From positions 127,482-191,481 of the forward strand of contig JAZJZK010000007.1 in NCBI GenBank assembly GCA_040389905.1: DNA of 64,000 nucleotides, written 5' to 3'. This document shows, in pieces, positions 26,591 through 37,150 of this stretch. A program made the translations under genes and the position numbers. Origin of the DNA: Gemmatimonadota bacterium. Its GTDB lineage: Bacteria; Gemmatimonadota; Gemmatimonadetes; Gemmatimonadales; Gemmatimonadaceae. Under the pieces are notes generated by a model that was not told the DNA's origin, ran no database searches, and saw only the letters and a list, made by a program, of their open reading frames with translations. How positions within the stretch are numbered: position 1 is the stretch's first letter; every line of letters begins with the position of its first letter.

Positions 26591-29277
26591 TCGCTTCTGA
26601 GCGCCACCATCGGATCGACGCGCGCCGCCCGGAGGGCGGGCCGCAGCGTGGCAAGAATTGCGACAAGCAGCAACATCGCGGCGACGAGGCCGTAGATCGA
26701 CGGATCGTTCGCTTTCTGGGAGAAGAGGAGCGGCTCGATTTTCCTGCCGGCCCACAGCGCGATCACACTCCCAATCGCGATACCGGCGGCCGCGAACCCG
26801 ACTCCCTGGATCACGATCATGCGCAACATGTCGCCGACGCCGGCACCGAGCGCAATACGAATTCCCAACTCGTGATTGCGTTGGGCGACCATGTAAGACA
26901 CAACGCTGTACAGTCCGATCGCGGCAAGGACGAGGGCGAGCACACCGAACCCGACGAACATCTTTGCGCCGAACTCCCACGACCGTTGGCGCGGTGAGAC
27001 AAGTGACGCGAGCGTTACCGTGTTGACGTATGAGTCGCCCGGCATTTCCTGCTGGAGTCGCTTCCGAATCGGTTCGAGGGCATCTTCCGCCCGCCCGTTC
27101 ACGCGAAGGAACAAATTCGGCCCTGCTTGCCCAAAGCGCGCCGAGAACTGGCTGACCGGCAAATAGTACCAGAACTCGTCCTTGCCGGTGATATGCTGCG
27201 CTCGCGTGTTTTCCGCGACTCCGATGACAGTCATATAGGGATTGGTGTCACTCCCGATGCGCATGACCTGGCCGACCGCATCCTTTCGGGGCCAGATCGC
27301 TTTTGCCATCGCCTCGTTGACGAGCACGACCGGCGCAGTCGTCGCGCGATCGGCTTCGTTAAAGGCACGGCCGTGCAGGATGCGCGTGCCCATCGTCTTG
27401 AAGTACGAGGGTGACCCCGCCTGCAAGCGGAAACTCCCAAGCGTTCGCAACGAATCCACGCCAGGCACCTTGGGCGCGCCCCGGCCTTCGCTGCTCCAGA
27501 AGGGCACTGAGATCGTGAGCGTCGCGTTCTCGACGTGGGGAACGCTGAGTGCCGCCGCGACGAGCCGCTCCGAGAGCGACTGAACTTCCGCGCGTGTCGG
27601 CTTTACGCCTCGAGCCACTCCGTCGGCGTACACGATTGGTGAGACGTCATATCCCATGCGTTGCGAGCGGACATTCGAAAGGCTTCGGACGAAGAGTCCG
27701 GCGCCAACAAGCAGGACGACCGAGAAGGCGCCCTGAAAGAGGAGCAACGCCGTCCGAACGCCAGAGCGCCGATACGCGCCCTCACGCGAACCGGCCTTCA
27801 ACGCGTCGGCGACGTCGCCATTCAACGAATGAAGCGCGGGCGCGAGTCCCGTCAGGAGCGCGACCGACACGGTTGTTACCGCGACGAATAGCATCGTGCG
27901 GACATCAGTCGCGACGGCGGTGGCGCCATCCGCCTGAAGGAATAAACGTCGCACGATCCCCGCGCCCAGTTGCGCCACCAGCATGCCGATGACGCCGCCG
28001 AACACAGCGAGGAGCAGACTCTCGGTGAGCAGCTGTTGAAACAGCCGACGTCGTGTGACACCGAGCGCGAGGCGAAGCGCGATTTCTCGGCGGCGCTTGA
28101 CCGCGCGCGCCAGGAGAAGATTCGTCACGTTCGCACATGCGACCAGCAGCACGATGACCGCGACTCCCATGACCCATGTGGCGACGCCGCCCGTCTCGTC
28201 GGCCTCGGGACCCCGCGCGGAGAGAAGGGGAGCGGCAACGCTGCTCGTGTGCGAACTGGCCGCCGACGGGTAGCCCGACCCTGCCTTTCCTTCGAGTTCC
28301 CAACTCTGCGCATAGACACGTGACAAGTCGGCGTCCGCTGCTTCCCGGCTGACTCCCGCTCTCCGGCGTACGATCACATCCATCCACGTCCAGCCGTAGT
28401 CATGCACGTAGTTCGGGACGCTCGACGCGGCGAACGCCGTCACGGGGATGTACGCGGCTGGCTCTCCCTCTTCCGAGATCCCAGCGAATCCCTTCGGCAC
28501 AACTCCCACGATCGTGTGGACAACATTCCCGATGCGGATTTTCTTGTTGATGACGTTGGCGCCGCCGTACCGCAACTGCCAAAAGGCGCGACCGAGAACG
28601 GCCACGGGACTGCCGGATGGCGGACGATCGTCGTCTGGCGTGAGGAAGCGTCCCTGTGCCGGCCGCGCGTCGAAGAAGCGGAAGAATCCTCCGCTCACCG
28701 TCGCGATGATCATCTCCTTCGCCTCGTCGCGCGAGCCGACTGCCAATCGGCGATGTCCGACCGCCTCGACCAGATCGAACGACGACGTCATTCGAGCGAA
28801 ATCGACGAAGCGTGCATAGGACTGCGAGCTCTCGGTGTGACGGCGCCCGTCGGACAGGTACGTGACGAAGACGCGGTGGACGCGCTCCGGCACCGAGAGG
28901 TACTTCGCAGGCCGGAACATCAGCCGGTCGAGGATGTCGAACATCGCCGCGTTCGTGCCGATCCCCAGGCCGAGTGTCAGCACGATCGCCGCGGTGAAGC
29001 CCGGCGTCATGCGCAGGCCACGCAGTGCATAGCGAACGTCCTGCCGCAGCGTTTCGAACATCACGGTGCCTCGCGAGTCACGGGTGTCGTCCTTGATGCG
29101 CGTCATCCCGCCGAAGGCGAGCCGCGCCCGCCGTTCGGCTTCCCTCCGGGAAGTGCCGTCCCGCATGCATTTCTCCGTTTCACGTTCGATGTGAAATCGC
29201 AGTTCGTCGTCGAGGTCGCGCTCCATGTCGACGCGGCGGAACACTGCGCGGAGCCGAAAGCGAAGGTCCGAGAACAT
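26587..29277 (-). CDS. Duplicated MacB/FtsX-type orphan ABC permease (ADOP-like)
   Basis: DDELRFH prefix; QDVRYALR; ACANVTNLLLAR; ELGIRIALGA; DPMVALR. Confidence 0.9.
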   Translation of the reverse strand: MFSDLRFRLRAVFRRVDMERDLDDELRFHIERETEKCMRDGTSRREAERRARLAFGGMTRIKDDTRDSRGTVMFETLRQDVRYALRGLRMTPGFTAAIVLTLGLGIGTNAAMFDILDRLMFRPAKYLSVPERVHRVFVTYLSDGRRHTESSQSYARFVDFARMTSSFDLVEAVGHRRLAVGSRDEAKEMIIATVSGGFFRFFDARPAQGRFLTPDDDRPPSGSPVAVLGRAFWQLRYGGANVINKKIRIGNVVHTIVGVVPKGFAGISEEGEPAAYIPVTAFAASSVPNYVHDYGWTWMDVIVRRRAGVSREAADADLSRVYAQSWELEGKAGSGYPSAASSHTSSVAAPLLSARGPEADETGGVATWVMGVAVIVLLVACANVTNLLLARAVKRRREIALRLALGVTRRRLFQQLLTESLLLAVFGGVIGMLVAQLGAGIVRRLFLQADGATAVATDVRTMLFVAVTTVSVALLTGLAPALHSLNGDVADALKAGSREGAYRRSGVRTALLLFQGAFSVVLLVGAGLFVRSLSNVRSQRMGYDVSPIVYADGVARGVKPTRAEVQSLSERLVAAALSVPHVENATLTISVPFWSSEGRGAPKVPGVDSLRTLGSFRLQAGSPSYFKTMGTRILHGRAFNEADRATTAPVVLVNEAMAKAIWPRKDAVGQVMRIGSDTNPYMTVIGVAENTRAQHITGKDEFWYYLPVSQFSARFGQAGPNLFLRVNGRAEDALEPIRKRLQQEMPGDSYVNTVTLASLVSPRQRSWEFGAKMFVGFGVLALVLAAIGLYSVVSYMVAQRNHELGIRIALGAGVGDMLRMIVIQGVGFAAAGIAIGSVIALWAGRKIEPLLFSQKANDPSIYGLVAAMLLLVAILATLRPALRAARVDPMVALRSD

Positions 29278-29279
29278 CC

Positions 29280-29609
29280 TCAGGCCATTTTCAGCACGAG
29301 GGCGACAGCCGCAGTTAGCCGGTCCCAGGCTTCGGTGTCGGCGCCGAGTTGCTTTCGGCCGGCGCGGGTGAGTTCATAGTACTTCGCGCGTCGATTGTTG
29401 TCCGACGTGCCCCACTCGGCGCCGATCAGTCCCTGGCGTTCGAGGCGATGCAGGGCGGGATAGAGTGAGCCCTGTGGAATCTGGAGCGTGGCCAGCGACA
29501 CCTGGTGAATGCGCTCCGAAATCGCCCATCCATGTTGCGGTCCGAGCGAAAGCGCTTTGAGGATGAGCAGGTCGAGTGTGCCCTGCGGCAGGTCGAGTCG
29601 GTCGGTCAT
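29280..29609 (-). CDS. PadR family regulator
   Basis: [33 protein letters not shown]. Confidence 0.92.
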   Translation of the reverse strand: MTDRLDLPQGTLDLLILKALSLGPQHGWAISERIHQVSLATLQIPQGSLYPALHRLERQGLIGAEWGTSDNNRRAKYYELTRAGRKQLGADTEAWDRLTAAVALVLKMA

Positions 29610-29628
29610 TCGAGTAGCTCCCTTTTCA

Positions 29629-29662
29629 CTTCTACACGAGGCTAGACGATCACTTGTAGAAG
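29629..29662. promoter_or_regulatory. Putative PadR operator
   Basis: Inverted repeat CTTCTACA...TGTAGAAG about 20 bp upstream of padR. Confidence 0.5.
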
Positions 29663-29700
29663 CGCAAGGGGTCAGCATCCTGAATACTCGAAAAGCCTTT

Positions 29701-29851
29701 ACCACAGAGGACACAGAGGACACAGAGGACACAGAGGACTACGTTGCTCGCGTCGTATGCTCCACTCTTCCTCGGCAAGAGCAATCAACGCTGAGGTCGC
29801 AGCGGAGCGCTTTCGCGCGTGGTCCTCCGTGTCCTCTGTGTCCTCTGTGGT
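29701..29851. repeat. Palindromic repeat family D, copy 2
   Basis: Four CACAGAGGA units with an inverted arm at 29823-29851. Confidence 0.88.
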
Positions 29852-29954
29852 TCATTCGTTGTTGCCGTTCCCGCGGTAGTCCACTTCCCGGACCCAACGG
29901 TCCGCCACATGCCGGAGTCTATTCACTGACGAACCATCCGGAGCCAGACGCCGA

Positions 29955-30500
29955 GTGCAGGAAACACAGCTGATCGAGCGTGTGCGCGCCGGGGACATGA
30001 CGGCCGCGCGACAGCTCTACGATGCACACATCGGTGCAGTCCACCGGCTGGCCATGCGGATGACTGGTGATGAGGCGCTCGCGCAGGACGCTGCGCAGGA
30101 CGCGTTCATCCGTGCCTTCCGTTCACTCGAGCGGTTTCGCGGTGAGGCGTCGTTCGGCACGTGGATTCACCGGATCGCGGTGTCGTCGAGCCTCAACCTG
30201 ATCCGCGCTCGAAAGCGATGGTGGGCAAGGCGGGCGGAGATTGAGGACGCCGAGTTCGTTGTGGACCCGCAGGTCAACGCGGACGCGGAATTGAAACGGC
30301 GGCTCTACGGCGCCATCGACGCGCTACCGGAGATCTATCGAACGGCGTTCGTGCTGCACGAAGTGGAAGGACACAATCACGAAGAGATCGGCGCGCTGCT
30401 CGGCATTCCGAGCGGCACGTCCAAGGCGAGACTGTCGGTTGCGCGCTCGAAGTTGCGGGACGCGCTCCGCGAATTCGAAGGAGAATGGGCCAGTGCCTGA
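29955..30500 (+). CDS. ECF RNA polymerase sigma factor
   Basis: AQDAFIRAF, FGTWIHRI, EEIG...GTSKARL. Confidence 0.92.
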   Translation: MQETQLIERVRAGDMTAARQLYDAHIGAVHRLAMRMTGDEALAQDAAQDAFIRAFRSLERFRGEASFGTWIHRIAVSSSLNLIRARKRWWARRAEIEDAEFVVDPQVNADAELKRRLYGAIDALPEIYRTAFVLHEVEGHNHEEIGALLGIPSGTSKARLSVARSKLRDALREFEGEWASA

Positions 30501-31125
30501 CGACGACAAGTTCGATGATTTCCTCAAGCACGCGGCGCGCGACTACAATGCGCCCGTCACGCCACCGGCGGATGCGATCTGGTCGCAGATCGAGCGGGAT
30601 GTTGCGGCGGCAATCCGGCCGGTCGCGGCCCGCGAGCGCGCGCCGCGGCGGACGTGGATCGCGATCGGTGTCGGCGTCGCGGCGACGCTCGTCCTCGGCG
30701 TCTCCGTCGGTCGATGGTCGGCGTCCGGTCCGTCCGTGCCGGCGCCGGTTGCTTCGACGGCGGCAGACGATTCCGCGCGACAAGTGGCGCATGCGCGTGC
30801 CGCAACGATCGAGCATCTCGAGGACGCGGAGGTGTTCCTGACGACTGTTCGCTCCGAGATACGGACCGGACGCCCTGACGCCGAGCGTGCACAGCGGAGT
30901 AGGGAACTACTCTCCCGAACACGCCTGCTACTCGGCGCCTCGTCCGATCGTTCGCCGGCAATCGAACGCCTGCTGGAGGACTTGGAGTTGATGCTCGCAG
31001 AGATCGCCGCACTGCCGGCATCGCGGCCTTCGATGGACTTGAAGCTTCTCGATGAAACCATGCGCCAGGGAAATATCCTGCCGCGCATCAGAGCCACATT
31101 GCCGGCGCAGTCGGCCGGAACCTGA
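30493..31125 (+). CDS. Putative single-pass anti-sigma factor
   Basis: Overlaps the sigma stop; one TM helix; helical outer domain. Confidence 0.65.
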   Translation: MPDDDKFDDFLKHAARDYNAPVTPPADAIWSQIERDVAAAIRPVAARERAPRRTWIAIGVGVAATLVLGVSVGRWSASGPSVPAPVASTAADDSARQVAHARAATIEHLEDAEVFLTTVRSEIRTGRPDAERAQRSRELLSRTRLLLGASSDRSPAIERLLEDLELMLAEIAALPASRPSMDLKLLDETMRQGNILPRIRATLPAQSAGT

Positions 31126-31126
31126 T

Positions 31127-32458
31127 ATGGAGATGCACATGAACTGGATGCTGATTGCAGCCACCATGGGGACGATGCTCTTCGCGTCGCCCGCCACACC
31201 GAGTGTTCAACGCGACCAGCGGATCCCACCGCCCGCGTGGGCGGACGCCGATCCCGCGGATTCGCTCTATCGTGCCGCGCGTCGTGCATTGAGCGACAAG
31301 GACTATGAATCGGCGGCGCGACTCTTCGAGTCGATCGTATCGAAGTATCCGCGCTCGGAGTACGCGCCGGATGCACTCTACTGGAAGGGATTCGCGCTCT
31401 ACCGGAGCGGAATCCTGGATGAAGCGGTCGATGCACTGGAGGCGCAGGCCAAGCGCTATCCGCAAGCCGGTACGCGGAGTGACGCCTCGGCATTGCTCAT
31501 CCAGATCAAGGGGCAACTCGCGAAGCGAGGGGACACGTCCGCGCAGCGCGACGTCGACAAGGCCGCGCAGGGATCAGGGCGCACGTGCGCCGACATGGAA
31601 ATGCAGATCGCGGCGCTCGACGCACTACAGCAGATGGACTCCGAACGCGTGATGCCGCTCCTCAGGCGCGTGCTCGCTCGTCGTGACGACTGTGCGACGC
31701 CCCTCCGCAAGAATGCACTCTTCATCCTCGCGCAGAAATCAGGCGCGGATCGCGAGAAGATCCTCCTCGATGTTGCGAAGACGGATCCCAGCATCCAGGT
31801 ACGCCAGGATGCCGTCTTCCATCTGTCGTCGGTCCGCGGTGACGCATCGATCGATGCGCTCGAAGACCTGCTGATGAACAGCGACGATCGGGGCGTGCGG
31901 CAGAACGCGCTGTTCGCACTCGCTCAGAACAAGTCCGACCGCGCGCGCAAGATCATGAGGAGCTTCGCGCTGTCCGACAAGGCGACGGTCGGGCTGCGGA
32001 ACGACGCGATCTTCCACATTGCATCGGGCGCCGATAGCCAGGACGTCGCGTGGATGAAGGAAGCCTATGCGAAGATTCCCGATCAGGAAGTCCGCAAGAA
32101 CCTGCTCTTTCACCTTGCGTCGCGCCCTGGCCCGGAAACGAGCAAGTGGCTCGTCGGCGTCGTCGTCGATCCGAAGGAATCGATGGAACAGCGGAAGGAT
32201 GCGCTCTTTCACCTCGCGTCGCGCAAGAACGACAGTAGTGACGAATTGAACGCGGTATACGACAAGGTCACCGTCCCGATGAAGAAGGAGATTCTCTTCC
32301 ATATCGCCAGCCGGCACGATTCGCCGTCACTCGACAAGCTCATCGCCATCGCGAAGAGCGACGCCAACCCCGAGCTTCGCAAGGACGCCCTCTTCTACGT
32401 CGCGCAATCGAAGGATCCGCGCGCCCTCAAGGCCCTCGAGGAGATTGTGAACCCATGA
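31127..32458 (+). CDS. Secreted TPR (BamD-like) plus HEAT-repeat protein
   Basis: YPRSEYAPDALYW; repeated RKxALF motifs. Confidence 0.8.
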   Translation: MEMHMNWMLIAATMGTMLFASPATPSVQRDQRIPPPAWADADPADSLYRAARRALSDKDYESAARLFESIVSKYPRSEYAPDALYWKGFALYRSGILDEAVDALEAQAKRYPQAGTRSDASALLIQIKGQLAKRGDTSAQRDVDKAAQGSGRTCADMEMQIAALDALQQMDSERVMPLLRRVLARRDDCATPLRKNALFILAQKSGADREKILLDVAKTDPSIQVRQDAVFHLSSVRGDASIDALEDLLMNSDDRGVRQNALFALAQNKSDRARKIMRSFALSDKATVGLRNDAIFHIASGADSQDVAWMKEAYAKIPDQEVRKNLLFHLASRPGPETSKWLVGVVVDPKESMEQRKDALFHLASRKNDSSDELNAVYDKVTVPMKKEILFHIASRHDSPSLDKLIAIAKSDANPELRKDALFYVAQSKDPRALKALEEIVNP

Positions 32459-33276
32459 GCACAACCATGACAGGCCCCATACGCAGCGCGCTGATCGTGG
32501 CGAGTGCGCTCGCGATGATGACCGAACGTGCCGTCGCGCAGTCGCTCGAGAGCCGCATCTCGGCGGCGCGAGGCACTGTTGGCTTCGAGTTCACGACGCG
32601 CCGCAACGTCTGCGGTACGGGGCGAAGCATCAGCATCAGCGACGACACATCCGCCGGTTGGAACACGCGAACCCACCGCTATGGAATCAACATTGGTCGT
32701 CGCGAGGCGGGTGAAACACTGGAATGCGAGCAGGGCCCCGCGCGCGTGATTCTCAACCGCGAGAACGGCAAGGTGAGCGACGTGCGAGTCAGTGTTGGTG
32801 GTCGAGCGGAGCGCGCCGATACGGAGCTTGGTGCAATCCCCATGGCGGAGGCGGCGCGCTACCTGTTGGCGATCGCTCCTGCCCTGGCCGGTCGACCTGC
32901 CGAAAACGCCACCATGGGCGCCGCAATTGCCGACGCGCCGATGGATTGGCGCCGCATGCTGGCCATAGCACGTGACAATGACGCCACGGAGTCGTCGCGC
33001 AAGGCGTCACTCTTCTGGGTCAGTCAGCAGGCTGGCGCCGTGGCAACGAGTGGGCTTACGGATGTTGCGATGGACAACGATGCGCAGGCGTCGGTACGGA
33101 GCGACGCGCTCTTCTTCCTCGCACAGCGGCCGAAGGGCGAGGGCATTCCTGGCCTCGTCCGAGTCGTGCGCGAGTCGAAGAGCGCGAAGCTCAGAAAGGA
33201 TGCGATCTGGCACCTGTCACAGAGCCGAGATCCGCGTGCGCTGGAGTTGTTCGAGCAGCTGTTGTCGGGAAAGTAG
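32455..33276 (+). CDS. Secreted HEAT-repeat protein
   Basis: RKASLFW, RSDALFFL, RKDAIWHL; ATGA overlap. Confidence 0.75.
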   Translation: MSTTMTGPIRSALIVASALAMMTERAVAQSLESRISAARGTVGFEFTTRRNVCGTGRSISISDDTSAGWNTRTHRYGINIGRREAGETLECEQGPARVILNRENGKVSDVRVSVGGRAERADTELGAIPMAEAARYLLAIAPALAGRPAENATMGAAIADAPMDWRRMLAIARDNDATESSRKASLFWVSQQAGAVATSGLTDVAMDNDAQASVRSDALFFLAQRPKGEGIPGLVRVVRESKSAKLRKDAIWHLSQSRDPRALELFEQLLSGK

Positions 33277-33297
33277 GCAGAGCACCTCGGACGGTCG

Positions 33298-33960
33298 TCA
33301 TTGCCCCATTTCGAGGTGCTCGAATTCCGGGTGCTCGAAGATGGGCGCCTGGATTGACCGGTCGTCACCAAGGCGATCCGCCAACTTGCCGGCGAAGGCG
33401 GCGATGAGCCGGTTCATCGCCCCCAATTCGGCCAGGAGACGCGAGATGTCACGCGTCTCCCAGTAGTGCGTCTCGTCGTGTACGGTCACATCGACACCAA
33501 GAGAGACGGCGTGATCCAGTAGCGCAACGAGCGACGTGTGGCACGCGACGAAATGCTCATCGCTCACGACGCCCGCGTATTGCGTCTTGCAGCTGCAATA
33601 CCAGAACCATTCGCGGCGCGCGTCCGTTGCCGTCGCACGAAGGAGGAAACCAACGAGGGCACTCTCACATCCTTCGCCCGGGTTGATCAGGAAGCCTCGC
33701 GCGGTCGCCTCATCACCGTACATGGGCTCGTCGTCGTCACCGTAGGGCGTCGCCACGATCGAGGACCAGAAGCCAAGCCAGCCGTTCTCCAGTCGATCGT
33801 CGCGCAACGATGGCGACGTGAGCTGGTCACCATCGATGCCGGTGACGTCGGTGAACGGAAGCGTGAGCGCAAACGTCCGTAAGGCGCCAAGCAGGGTGTC
33901 CACCTGCGCGGGAGTCGTGGTGGCGGGAAGCCGAAACTCGTAGTGAATGGAGAGGCCCAT
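33298..33960 (-). CDS. Conserved hypothetical protein
   Basis: MGLSIHY, PGEGCE, CKTQYA, DETHYWETRD. Confidence 0.7.
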   Translation of the reverse strand: MGLSIHYEFRLPATTTPAQVDTLLGALRTFALTLPFTDVTGIDGDQLTSPSLRDDRLENGWLGFWSSIVATPYGDDDEPMYGDEATARGFLINPGEGCESALVGFLLRATATDARREWFWYCSCKTQYAGVVSDEHFVACHTSLVALLDHAVSLGVDVTVHDETHYWETRDISRLLAELGAMNRLIAAFAGKLADRLGDDRSIQAPIFEHPEFEHLEMGQ

Positions 33961-34098
33961 AGCGGTTGCTCGGTGTGAACGGGTGAGGCCGACGTTCTAC
34001 TCCGTGCAACGTCGCTGGCTCGTGACGTCAATGCGTCATCGAAAAATGCATGGCGTGTATCATTTGACCGCAGCGCTTCCGGTTCGCATTCTTTGCGC

Positions 34099-35460
34099 AT
34101 GAACGTGCGTGACTGGTTCACCTTCGATACCCGCGTCAGCCGGCGAGACTACCTGACCAGTGGTCTGTTTCTGGTCGTCTTGAAGTACGCCGGAGACGTC
34201 CTGATCGTCTGGATCGGTGCGGGCGAATTCTGGCGCCCTCTCGACTACGCGAGCCCGTTGTCATCGCTGTTGTCGACGCGATTGCGAACAGCTCCGCCGA
34301 ACCTCCTTCCCATACTTGCACTCTGGTCGCTGCCGTTCCTCTGGATCGGCGTCAGCATGAGTATGCGGCGCGCGCTCGATGCCGGACGATCCGCGTGGCT
34401 GGCCCTGCTGTTCTTCGTGCCGGGCGTGAACTACGTCTTCATCGCCGTGATGTGCGCACTGCCAAGCCGCGCACCGGCGTCGCCGCCACTGCATCCTCCG
34501 CGACCATACGAGCACCGCCTCCCGAGTGCGCTGATGGCAATCGCCTGCGGCGCAACGATCGGTCTCGGCATGCTCGCGCTCAGTGTCTACGGCTTGCAGC
34601 GCTACGGCGCGGCGCTCTTCCTGGGCACGCCGTTCGTCATTGGGGCGATGACGGCGTTTTTCTTCAACCGGCGGTACGCGGCCACCGGTCGGGAAACACA
34701 GCAGGTCGTGCTCATGACCATGGGCATCGTCGCCGGCGTGACACTCCTCACCGCTGCCGAAGGTGCCATTTGCCTGCTCATGGCCGCGCCGCTCGCCGTC
34801 ATTATCGGTGCCATGGGTGCAGTGCTTGGCCGCTTCATCGCGCTCAACGACGCCGGAGGATCGTCACATGCCGCGCTGGCCATGCTCGCCCTTCCACTCA
34901 CCGCGACGTTTGCTGGCCCCACGCCGCCCGCTCCCCTGCGCGAAGTCCGATCGTCCATCGAGATCGATGCCACGCCGATGGAAGTATGGAAGCACGTGAT
35001 TGTGTTCCCGCCGCTTCCAGAGCCGTCCGACCTAATCTTCCGCGTCGGCATCGCGTACCCGCAACGCGCCACGATCACGGGGGAAGGCGTGGGTGCCGTG
35101 CGGCGGTGCGTGTTCTCGACGGGCGCGTTCGTCGAGCCCATTACACGCTGGGAACCGGGTCGTCGCTTGTCGTTCGACGTCGACTCCCAACCAAGGCCGA
35201 TGCAGGAGTGGAGTCCCTACGCCGACATAACACCGCCACATCTCGACGGATATTTCCGCTCGCGCAAAGGAGAATTCAGGCTGATCGCACTGCCCCACGG
35301 ACGCACTCGGCTCGAAGGCAGCACGTGGTACGAGATGCGATTGCAACCCGCCGCGTATTGGGTCCTGTTTGGCGACGGAATCATTCACCGGATTCATGGA
35401 CGAGTGCTCGCCCACATCGATGCGGCAACGCGTGCCGACCGCTTACCACCGCACTCGTGA
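34099..35460 (+). CDS. DUF805-like membrane domain fused to an SRPBCC domain
   Basis: RRALDAGRSAW; EGAICLLMAAP; EVRSSIEIDA; TRLEGSTWY. Confidence 0.7.
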   Translation: MNVRDWFTFDTRVSRRDYLTSGLFLVVLKYAGDVLIVWIGAGEFWRPLDYASPLSSLLSTRLRTAPPNLLPILALWSLPFLWIGVSMSMRRALDAGRSAWLALLFFVPGVNYVFIAVMCALPSRAPASPPLHPPRPYEHRLPSALMAIACGATIGLGMLALSVYGLQRYGAALFLGTPFVIGAMTAFFFNRRYAATGRETQQVVLMTMGIVAGVTLLTAAEGAICLLMAAPLAVIIGAMGAVLGRFIALNDAGGSSHAALAMLALPLTATFAGPTPPAPLREVRSSIEIDATPMEVWKHVIVFPPLPEPSDLIFRVGIAYPQRATITGEGVGAVRRCVFSTGAFVEPITRWEPGRRLSFDVDSQPRPMQEWSPYADITPPHLDGYFRSRKGEFRLIALPHGRTRLEGSTWYEMRLQPAAYWVLFGDGIIHRIHGRVLAHIDAATRADRLPPHS

Positions 35461-35503
35461 GCCTTCACATTATGACGATCCCGCGTTCGGAGGGCATCGG
35501 GCC

Positions 35504-35992
35504 ATGGCAGAGTCAGCGAAGGCGCAGCTCGCGGCGTTCATCGCGAAGTACACACCGGAGGTCGCCGCGGAAGGACGCGCTGTGCTCAAGCGCATGCGCG
35601 CGATCATGCCCGGTGCCGTCGAACTGGTCTACGATAACTACCAGTGGCTCGTCGTCGGCTTCTGCCCGAATGAACGAGCGTCCGACGCGATCTTGTCGGT
35701 CGTCTTCACACCGAAGTGGATCACGTTGTGCTTTTTGCAGAACGGTCCGAAGTTGCCCGACCCTCACAAGCTGCTCAGGGGATCGGGCAAGCGCGTACGC
35801 AGTACGCGATTGGCGTCCGCCAAGGACATGGACATGCCGGCCATTCGCGCGCTGATCGACGCCGCAATTCAGAGCGCGCGCGAGCCGATCGACGCCAGTG
35901 AGCGTGGACGCCTCGTGATCAAGTCCATATCCGCGCGCCAAAAGCCGCGACGGCCGCCGGTCGCGACACCTCTCGCACGAGCCAGGAAATGA
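35504..35992 (+). CDS. DUF1801/YdhG-like protein
   Basis: ELVYDNY, LPDPHKLLRGSGKRVR. Confidence 0.75.
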   Translation: MAESAKAQLAAFIAKYTPEVAAEGRAVLKRMRAIMPGAVELVYDNYQWLVVGFCPNERASDAILSVVFTPKWITLCFLQNGPKLPDPHKLLRGSGKRVRSTRLASAKDMDMPAIRALIDAAIQSAREPIDASERGRLVIKSISARQKPRRPPVATPLARARK

Positions 35993-36822
35993 AACGAGCT
36001 ACGCGGATTGCCCTGACCCTCCTCGCGGCTACGAGCGGCGCGTCAGACCTCGGCGCGCAATCGGTGCAGTACCGTTCGCCGGCGGGCGTCGAGTATCGCT
36101 CGATGGCGGACACCGGCCCTGTCGCTCGTGCGCAACAAGCGCTCGCCGCCGATCCGCAAAGCGTTCAACGCATGATCGCGCTGGGCGTCGCGCAGGCGGG
36201 ACCGCGGCAAATGCAGGAGGCGGTTGCGACCTTCACGCGTGCCTTGGCGATCGCGCCAAACGATCCGATGCTCTATCGGTGGCGCGGCCACCGCAACATT
36301 TCCGTGCGAAACTTCGACCAGGCGATGGCCGACCTCACGCGAGGCTACGGTCTCGACAGTCTCAACTACGGCATCCTCTATCACCTCGGCGTTCTCCGCT
36401 TCGTGCGTGGCGACTTCAATGCCGCGGCAGACGCGTTTCGTCGCGCACAGCCCAGGGCACCAGATGGTGGCGAGCTCGCTGGATCGACCGATTGGCTCTG
36501 GATGTCACTACAGCGCGCGGGTCGTGCTACCGAGGCGACGGCGATGTTGGCGCGACGTCCGGACACGCTGCCGACGACGGCTGCCTATGCGAAACGCCTC
36601 AAGCTCTATCGCGGGGAAATTGGGCCAGACGCGCTGTTCGCGCCGAGCGACACGGGGGACGTCGAGGTCGCGACGCTGAGCTTCGGGCTTGGGAACTGGT
36701 ATCTGATCAAGGGCGACACGGCGCGCGCCCGCGCACAGTTCGAGCGGTCGGTCACGTCAGGCGGCTGGCCCGCATTCGGCTTCATCGCATCGGAGGCAGA
36801 GCTCGCTCGGCGCCGGCCGTAG
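35989..36822 (+). CDS. Secreted TPR protein
   Basis: Signal peptide; TPR-like helices. Confidence 0.75.
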   Translation: MKRATRIALTLLAATSGASDLGAQSVQYRSPAGVEYRSMADTGPVARAQQALAADPQSVQRMIALGVAQAGPRQMQEAVATFTRALAIAPNDPMLYRWRGHRNISVRNFDQAMADLTRGYGLDSLNYGILYHLGVLRFVRGDFNAAADAFRRAQPRAPDGGELAGSTDWLWMSLQRAGRATEATAMLARRPDTLPTTAAYAKRLKLYRGEIGPDALFAPSDTGDVEVATLSFGLGNWYLIKGDTARARAQFERSVTSGGWPAFGFIASEAELARRRP

Positions 36823-36830
36823 CATCCTCG

Positions 36831-36872
36831 TTGACAAAAGGACGGTTACTGAATAGCCTCCACATATGGAGG
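36831..36872 (+). promoter_or_regulatory. vapBC promoter with overlapping palindromic operator
   Basis: TTGACA-N17-TAGCCT; CCTCCA-cata-TGGAGG palindrome at 36857-36872. Confidence 0.6.
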
Positions 36873-36877
36873 TGTAT

Positions 36878-37126
36878 ATGGAGCTTTCGCAAAAGACAAC
36901 AATTCTCTTCCCGCCGGAGATGCACCGGTCGCTCACCGAGCTCGCGGCCCGCCGCGGCGTCAGCCTCGGGGTGCTGGTGCGCGAAGCATGCATCGCCATG
37001 TACGCTGTCGATCAGGATGCGCGGCTGTCCGCCGTGACCTCGTTGGCCGAACTCCAGCTGCCGGTGGGAACGCCTGCAACCATGAAGCGCGAATCTGTTC
37101 CGGACGCCGATGCACTTATGCCATGA
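36878..37126 (+). CDS. vapB: Ribbon-helix-helix antitoxin (VapB-like)
   Basis: KTTILF...LAARRGVSLGVLVREA; GGAGG RBS; upstream of a PIN gene. Confidence 0.75.
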   Translation: MELSQKTTILFPPEMHRSLTELAARRGVSLGVLVREACIAMYAVDQDARLSAVTSLAELQLPVGTPATMKRESVPDADALMP

Positions 37127-37150
37127 CGCGCCGTTCCTGAGGCGGCGCGG

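Noticed and set aside
29701..29851. CACAGAGGA tandem units as a CRISPR array
   Set aside because: 9-bp units with no spacers, arranged as inverted arms; no cas genes
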